Origin: Eledone cirrhosa
Lineage: Eukaryota
DNA: 64,000 nucleotides
Reading direction: 5' to 3'
Assembly: GCA_964016885.1 (NCBI GenBank)
Contig: OZ024743.1
Span: forward strand, 47,306,001-47,370,000
Under the pieces are notes generated by a model. That model saw only the letters and a list, made by a program, of their open reading frames with translations. It was not told the origin of the DNA and ran no database searches. The position numbers and the translations under genes are program-made. The stretch's first letter is position 1; the number at the start of each line of letters is the position of its first letter. Shown in pieces: positions 56,301 through 64,000 of the stretch.

Positions 56301-59300
56301 CTGACACCATGCTAGGGTGGTGGATTGGCAGTGTCGGTAGAGGGTCTGACACCATGCTAGGGTGGTGGATTGGCAGTGTCGGTAGAGGGTCTGACACCAT
56401 GTTAGGGTGGTGGATTGGCAGTGTCGGTAGAAGGTCTGACACCATGTTAGGGTGGTGGATTGGCAGTGTCGGTAGAGGGTCTGACACCATGCTAGGGTGG
56501 TGGATTGGCAGTGTCGGTAGAGGGTCTGACACCATGTTAGGGTGGTGGATTGGCAGTGTCGGTAGAAGGTCTGACACCATGCTAGGGTGGTGGATTGGCA
56601 GTGTCGGTAGAGGGTCTGACACCATGCTAGGGTGGTGGATTGGCAGTGTCGGTAGAAGGTCTGACACCATGCTAGGGTGGTGGATTGGCAGTGTCGGTAG
56701 AGGGTCTGACACCATGTTAGGGTGGTGGATTGGCAGTGTCGGTAGAAGGTCTGACACCATGTTAGGGTGGTGGATTGGCAGTGTCGGTAGAGGGTCTGAC
56801 ACCATGCTAGGGTGGTGGATTGGCAGTGTCGGTAGAGGGTCTGACACCATGTTAGGGTGGTGGATTGGCAGTGTCGGTAGAAGGTCTGACACCATGTTAG
56901 GGTGGTGGATTGGCAGTGTCGGTAGAGGGTCTGACACCATGTTAGGGTGGTGGATTGGCAGTGTCGCTAGAAGGTCTGACACCATGCTAGGGTGGTGGAT
57001 TGGCAGTGTCGGTAGAAGGTCTGACACCATGCTAGGGTGGTGGATTGGCAGTGTCGGTAGAGGGTCTGACACCATGTTAGGGTGGTGGATTGGCAGTGTC
57101 GGTAGAAGGTCTGACACCATGTTAGGGTGGTGGATTGGCAGTGTCGGTAGAGGGTCTGACACCATGCTAGGGTGGTGGATTGGCAGTGTCGGTAGAGGGT
57201 CTGACACCATGTTAGGGTGGTGGATTGGCAGTGTCGGTAGAAGGTCTGACACCATGTTAGGGTGGTGGATTGGCAGTGTCGGTAGAGGGTCTGACACCAT
57301 GTTAGGGTGGTGGATTGGCAGTGTCGCTAGAAGGTCTGACACCATGCTAGGGTGGTGGATTGACAGTATCGGTAGAGGGTCTGACACCATGTTAGGGTGG
57401 TGGATTGGCAGTGTCGGTAGAAGGTCTGACACCATGCTAGGGTGGTGGATTGGCAGTGTCGGTAGAGGGTCTGACACCATGTTAGGGTGGTGGATTGGCA
57501 GTGTCGGTAGAGGGTCTGACACCATGCTAGGGTGGTAGATTGGCAGTGTCGGTAGAGGGTCTGACACCATGTTAGGGTGGTGGATTGGCAGTGTTGGTAG
57601 AGGGTCTGACACCATGTTAGGGTGGTGGATTGGCAGTGTCGGTAGAGGGTCTGACACCATGTTAGGGTGGTGGATTGGCAGTGTCGGTAGAGGGTCTGAC
57701 ACCATGCTAGGGTGGTAGATTGGCAGTGTCGGTAGAGGGTCTGACACCATGTTAGGGTGGTGGATTGGCAGTATCGGTAGAAGGTCTGACACCATGCTAG
57801 GGTGGTGGATTGGCAGTGTCGGTAGAGGGTCTGACACCATGCTAGGGTGGTGGATTGGCAGTGTCGGTAGAGGGTCTGACACCATGTTAGGGTGGTGGAT
57901 TGGCAGTGTCGGTAGAGGGTCTGACACCATGTTAGGGTGGTGGATTGGCAGTGTCGGTAGAGGGTCTGACACCATGCTAGGGTGGTGGATTGACAGTATC
58001 GGTAGAAGGTCTGACACCATGCTAGGGTGGTGGATTGGCAGTGTTGGTAGAGGGTCTGACACCATGTTAGGGTGGTGGATTGGCAGTGTTGGTAGAGGGT
58101 CTGACACCATGTTAGGGCGGTGGATTGGCAGTGTCGGTAGAGGGTCTGACACCATGCTAGGGTGGTGGATTGACAGTATCGGTAGAAGGTCTGACACCAT
58201 GCTAGGGTGGTGGATTGGCAGTGTTGGTAGAGGGTCTGACACTATGTTAGGGTGGTGGATTGGCAGTGTTGGTAGAGGGTCTGACACCATGTTAGGGCGG
58301 TGGATTGGCAGTGTCGGTAGAGGGTCTGACACCATGTTAGGGCGGTGGATTGGCAGTGTCGGTAGAGGGTCTGACACCATGTTAGGGTGGTGGATTGGCA
58401 GTGTCGGTAGAGGGTCTGACACCATGTTAGGGCGGTGGATTGGCAGTGTCGGTAGAGGGTCTGACACCATGTTAGGGTGGTGGATTGGCAGTGTCGGTAG
58501 AGGGTCTGACACCATGTTAGGGCGGTGGATTGGCAGTGTCGGTAGAGGGTCTGACACCATGTTAGGGCGGTGTATTGGCAGTGTCGGTAGAGGGTCTGAC
58601 ACCATGTTAGGGCGGTGGATTGGCAGTGTCGGTAGAGGGTCTGACACCATGTTAGGGTGGTGGATTGGCAGTGTCGGTAGAGGGTCTGACACCATGTTAG
58701 GGCGGTGGATTGGCAGTGTCGGTAGAGGGTCTGACACCATGCTAGGGTGGTGGATTGGCAGTGTTGGTAGAGGGTCTGACACCATGTTAGGGTGGTGGAT
58801 TGGCAGTGTTGGTAGAGGGTCTGACACCATGCTAGGGTGGTGGATTGGCAGTGTTGGTAGAGGGTCTGACACCATGTTAGGGTGGTGGATTGGCAGTATC
58901 GGTAGAAGGTCTGACACCATGTTAGGGTGGTGGATTGGCAGTATCGGTAGAAGGTCTGACACCATGTTAGGGTGGTGGATTGGCAGTATCGGTAGAGGGT
59001 CTGACACCATGTTAGGGTGGTGGATTGGCAGTGTCGCTAGAAGGTCTGACGCCATGTTAGGGTGGTGGATTGACAGTATCGGTAGAAGGTCTGACACCAT
59101 GCTAGGGTGGTGGATTGGCAGTGTCGCTAGAAGGTCTGACGCCATGCTAGGGTGGTGGATTGACAGTATCGGTAGAAGGTCTGACACCATGCTAGGGTGG
59201 TGGATTGGCAGTGTCGGTAGAGGGTCTGACACCATGTTAGGGTGGTGGATTGGCAGTGTCGCTAGAAGGTCTGACGCCATGTTAGGGTGGTGGATTGACA

Positions 59301-60227
59301 GTATCGGTAGAAGGTCTGACACCATGCTAGGGTGGTGGATTGGCAGTGTCGCTAGAAGGTCTGACGCCATGCTAGGGTGGTGGATTGACAGTATCGGTAG
59401 AAGGTCTGACACCATGCTAGGGTGGTGGATTGGCAGTGTCGGTAGAGGGTCTGACACCATGTTAGGGTGGTAGATTGGCAGTATCGGTAGAGGGTCTGAC
59501 ACCATGCTAGGGTGGTGGATTGGCAGTATCGGTAGAGGGTCTGACACCATGTTAGGGTGGTGGATTGGCAGTGTCGCTAGAGGGTCTGACACCATGTTAG
59601 GGTGGTGGATTGGCAGTGTCGGTAGAGGGTCTGACACCATGTTAGGGTGGTGGATTGGCAGTGTCGGTAGAGGGTCTGACACCATGTTAGGGTGGTGGAT
59701 TGGCAGTGTCGGTAGAGGGTCTGACACCATGCTAGGGTGGTGGATTGGCAGTATCGGTAGAGGGTCTGACACCATGTTAGGGTGGTGGATTGGCAGTATC
59801 GGTAGAAGGTCTGACACCATGCTAGGGTGGTGGATTGGCAGTGTCGGTAGAGGGTCTGACACCATGTTAGGGTGGTGGATTGGCAGTATCGGTAGAGGGT
59901 CTGACACCATGCTAGGGTGGTGGATTGGCAGTGTCGGTAGAGGGTCTGACACCATGTTAGGGTGGTGGATTGACAGTATCGGTAGAGGGTCTGACACCAT
60001 GTTAGGGTGGTGGATTGGCAGTGTCGGTAGAGGGTCTGACACCATGCTAGGGTGGTGGATTGGCAGTATCGGTAGAGGGTCTGACACCATGTTAGGGTGG
60101 TGGATTGGCAGTATCGGTAGAAGGTCTGACACCATGCTAGGGTGGTGGATTGGCAGTAACGGTAGAGGGTCTGACACCATGTTAGGGTGGTGGATTGGCA
60201 GTAACGGTAGAGGGTCTGACGCCATGT
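53345..60227 (+). repeat. 45-bp satellite (~153 copies) derived from the SINE A tRNA head (A-box)
   Basis: Unit gggtggtggattggcagtgtcggtagagggtctgacaccatgyta matches SINE 5' gggcggtggattggcagtatcggtagagggtcggacgccatgctt. Confidence 0.98.
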
Positions 60228-60380
60228 TTTGACGCATAGAGTTACGTCCCTTTATGGACTGAGTTCAAATCCCGCCGAGGTTAACTTTGCCTTTCATCCT
60301 TACGGGGTTGATAAAATAAAGTACCAGTAATGTACTGGGGTAATTGCTTGCCTTGTGCCAAAAGTAGAAACAATTAATAC
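60185..60380 (+). mobile_element. Complete SINE A body continuing from the last satellite unit
   Basis: B-box gagttcaaatccc, central domain and tail; ATTAGTAA at 53337-53344 and 60381-60388 brackets array plus SINE. Confidence 0.92.
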
Positions 60381-60844
60381 ATTAGTAAGAAAGAGGGAGT
60401 GGTTCAGTTGATATTACATGTCACACCTGGCCTTGTACCTATATAAGAAACCGATATTACATATCACACCTGGCCTTGTACCTAAATAAGAAACCGATAT
60501 TACATGTCACACCTTGTTAACTATGTTAACCAATTGACTATTGACATACGATATACATCAGGGATTATCCCCTCCCTGTCTTATCCCTATCACTATATCA
60601 TTGGCACCCGTTATCCCCTCCCTGTCTTACTCCTATCACTATATCATTGACACCCGTTTGTCTCCTCCCTGTCTTACCCCTATCACTATATCATTGACAC
60701 CCGTTTGTCTCCTACCTGTCTTACCCCTATCATTATATCATTGGCACCCGTTTGTCACAGCTTCAACACTTCCTACACTCCCACATAGGCACATATATAC
60801 TCACACTCACACATATATACTCACGCTCACACATATGTGTTGAT

Positions 60845-61759
60845 CTTAGCGACTGCGAGTTTCTTGAAAATCGGTCGTAAGGTGTAGCAAATGGCGAAAT
60901 GTTGAGTGAAATCGTATGGAATATGTGGGAGGTGGAAAAAATCGTATTTTGAAGAGTTAAACGGCTGCCATGCCGTCCATGAACAAAAAATGCAAAGTGT
61001 AAAGCTACTATAAGATGTGCAATGATAGGTTCTATCGTAGTATACAAGTTGAACCAAATAAATTGATTTATGTGTGAGGTATAGCCGAAGTTTCGAATTT
61101 GAACGAAATCGATTGAAAAATGTGGGAGCTAATGATAGGTTCTATCGTAGTATAAAAGTTGAACCAAATGAATTGATTTATGTGTGAGGTGGAGCCGAAG
61201 TTTCGAATTTGAACGAAATCGGTTGAAAAATGTGGGAGCTAGAGCCGAAAAGGCGGTATTTTCGAATATTTAAGCGGCTGCCACGCCGTTCTTGAAGACG
61301 AGAAATAATCAGATCTAGCGTAGTGTAAAATTTGAACAAAGTAGGTTGATTAATGTGGGAGCTAGAGCCGAAAAAGTGGAAATTTGAGTCTAAAAGTGGT
61401 ATTTTTTAATATTTAAGCGGCTGCCACGCCGTCTTTGAACAACAAACGCAAAATATAAAGCCATTACGGGATGTGCAATGATAAATTCTATTTTGCTTTA
61501 AAATTTGAACGAAATCGGTGGCAAAATGTGGGAGCTTGAGCCAAAAGTCTTATTTTTCAATACCTAAAAAAAGGTAACCCCCCTATCGATTTTTATCTGC
61601 AGAATGACCCCAGAATAAATAAAAACGATACGCTGATATATAGAAAACACTCCCCGATGAATCTATGCGCCTGTAAAATTTCATGAAAATCGGTCGTAAG
61701 ATGTAGGCCCCTATAGGTAATACACAGACACACACGTACATACTTAATTTTATATATAT

Positions 61760-61760
<1 letters not shown>
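60845..61760 (-). mobile_element. Helitron-like non-autonomous element with internal tandem duplications
   Basis: Minus strand starts tatatataaaa...gtgtgtctgt...accgattttcatgaaattt; repeated gaacgaaatcggttgaaaaatgtgggagct blocks; 3' CTAG end not seen. Confidence 0.5.
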
Positions 61761-61811
<51 letters not shown>

Positions 61812-61884
61812 GAGCGGAACAAGTAATCATCAAACAATCTTTTAAATAAATTAAAAAACGATTTAAATATTCACCTGTTCTAAT

Positions 61885-61964
61885 GCCGTTACCGACGGTT
61901 TCACTAATCAAAAGATTGGAAATTCAGAGAATTTCCAATGGAAAAAATTAGATCTTCAGACAGC
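61885..61964 (-). ncRNA. Type I hammerhead with extended stem II, canonical core
   Basis: GCTGT-CTGAAGA-TCTAATT..ATTGGAAATTC-tct-GAATTTCCAAT..GATTAGT-GAAA-CCG-t-CGG-TA-ACGGC. Confidence 0.8.
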
Positions 61965-63210
61965 TATTTCCATACTATAAGGGTATAAAGCCTCATACTT
62001 AGTGCTTGTCGGAATATCCATACCCTTTTATATATATATATATACTGATGAGGCCAGTTATGAATCATTGTTGTTCAGCAGAAATATAATCAAAAGCCTT
62101 CTAGACGTGACCATCACAATTTTTTAATACTGTTTATCTAGAACCAGATTGCCTTCATTTTTTTAAAGACAGTAAGTTATGATTTAATGGATATGTCTGC
62201 TGTTTCTCGCAAGTCGAAGAACCACGTTGACCCCCCCCCCCCACACACACACACACTGCTTTGCTGTGTTATTTGTGTTGGTAAAGGAGTTGTTTAATGT
62301 TGTTGTTGTTTAGTCCTAGTTCAACTTCAATCGAGGAGACCTGTGACCTATGACATTCCAACTATGGCCATCACATAATTTTAGGGTAACAGTATTTAAA
62401 GTATCCTCTCCGTTTGTAAGATGTTAGCTGTAGTTGGAGATAGATTTGGCTGCTATTTCCAACATACCGAGTGACCATGTAGGGTCTCTACCATTGTTTT
62501 GCTCAAAGTCCACTCTTATCGAACGGACCTATAATCAAAGCTGTGACCACCCTTTTTTCTTGTTTTTGTTTTTCTTTATGCAGGAAACCCAGGATCACGT
62601 TGATATTGTGGTCATGGTTCCTTATTTCAGACGGTAGAGTATACGTTGACAGATATTTAGCTGCTGTTTCTAGCCTGCCGAGCTACCAAGTAGAGGCTCC
62701 CTCATTGGTGTCGCCAAGTGGTAATTAGTTAAGTTTATATGTAGTGACAGACATGAAGTCTCAGGTTCAATCCTATTGCGTAGAATCTTTGATAAGAGTC
62801 TTTACCATAGCCTAGTTGACCCAACCCTTATGGGTGAAGGAAACTATATGGAAGCCCTTTGGGTGGACTGTATATGACATAGAAAGGTAACATATTGCCT
62901 CACGCTGATTTTACTTGGGAATCATGAGAAGGTAGACATGTATGCAGAATAATCAACCACTAACACGTTCATTTATCAGTCGGACGACGTTCGGCTGACC
63001 AAATCACTGAATGCTCCCCGTCAACTCCGACGAAGAATCCATCATCATCGTCGTCGTAATAATCGTCATCATTAGTTAATCTTGTGTCAAAGACAGACAA
63101 TTTAGAGTCATGATTTCTATGACTGGTGAAGCCATTCCTGTTATTTTGTGGCCTGGTTCGTACATGGGATTTCCTCTGTAATCATTAAGTTGTTATTATT
63201 GTTGTTATTA

Positions 63211-63372
63211 AGGGCGGTGGATTGGCAGTATCGGTAGAGGGTTGGACACCATACTTTGCAGCATAGAGTTACGGCCCTTTATGATCTAAGTTCAAATCCT
63301 GCCGAGGTTAACTTTGCCTTTCATCCTTACGGGGTCGATAAAATAAAGTACCGGTAATGCACTGGGTCGATT
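63211..63372 (+). mobile_element. SINE family A copy
   Basis: A/B boxes and central domain. Confidence 0.9.
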
Positions 63373-64000
63373 TAGATTTCCACTGATCAAAAGATCTATG
63401 ATAAAAATCATTCCAGATGTGGCCATCCCTTCTTATATTTCAGACGTAGTGTATTTTCGACTACATAATCTGATGTACCCTTTCCTTTTGTAAGATGGTA
63501 GGATGAGATTTGTGAAAGGTCCGGTTCACTATTTCTAGTACTCTATCCAAACACATGCTGTGCATCCTTAACTTTAACCCCAGTAGTCCAGCGCCAAAAT
63601 TTACTTCCTACTAAAAAAACTCCTCGTCTTTAGTGAACTCTATGCACTTACTTATGACATTGTTATTACAGATTATGATAACATAATAACAATTCAATAT
63701 AAATAAAGAAACTGCTTAGTATGCAATGTTTCCTGCAGCTGATACACCATCAAATTATCAGGCATAATACCAGTCAACATAGAAGGCTATTGACACCACT
63801 ACCATATGGTGGTCGCATCTGTACAATTTTATACTAATGCAGAGCAATTTTATATTAAAGCAAACGAAGTTTGTCTAACTAGAGGTATTTATTGTTAATG
63901 GATATCACAAACATAATATTTACCTAGAATTTAGTTAGTGTGCAAGATCTGCATGTTTTGTGTATGGTTAATGTAATAATTTATGGCCGCTGTTTTCAAG

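Noticed and set aside
53338-60237. 2299-aa minus-strand ORF and long plus-strand ORFs
   Set aside because: Translations of a 45-bp (multiple of 3) stop-free SINE-derived satellite; no unique domain or gene context
62045-62090. CTGATGA...GAAA pair
   Set aside because: No convincing stem II or stem I pairing

Overview
AT-rich, microsatellite-saturated eukaryotic DNA. The SINE repertoire suggests an octopus or other cephalopod (inference). No complete host gene is recognisable, only two weak minus-strand exon candidates, and most long ORFs in the track are repeat artefacts. Content: (i) about 20 tRNA-derived SINE copies, one with its 45-bp A-box head amplified ~153x into a 6.9-kb satellite and another with an 83-bp B-box segment amplified; (ii) fragments of RTE, CRE-like, R4/Dong-like and Tx1-like LINEs, several sitting in specific microsatellites; (iii) non-autonomous Helitrons; (iv) 30-, 38-, 49-, 81- and 12-bp tandem arrays; (v) a 5'-truncated Penelope-like element (PLE; RT + GIY-YIG) with an inverted pseudo-LTR. 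The main hidden signal is that many short 'unique' islands inside the (TA)n tracts are fold-back remnants of about 8-10 sequence families. They carry type I hammerhead ribozyme (HHR) motifs, including variant cores (U3-A8 swap, A4, mismatched 10.1/11.1), and most share a second YACTC...GAGTRC hairpin 5-10 nt beyond the point where the short arm joins the (TA)n target. All ribozyme calls are by-eye structure matches; activity is untested.
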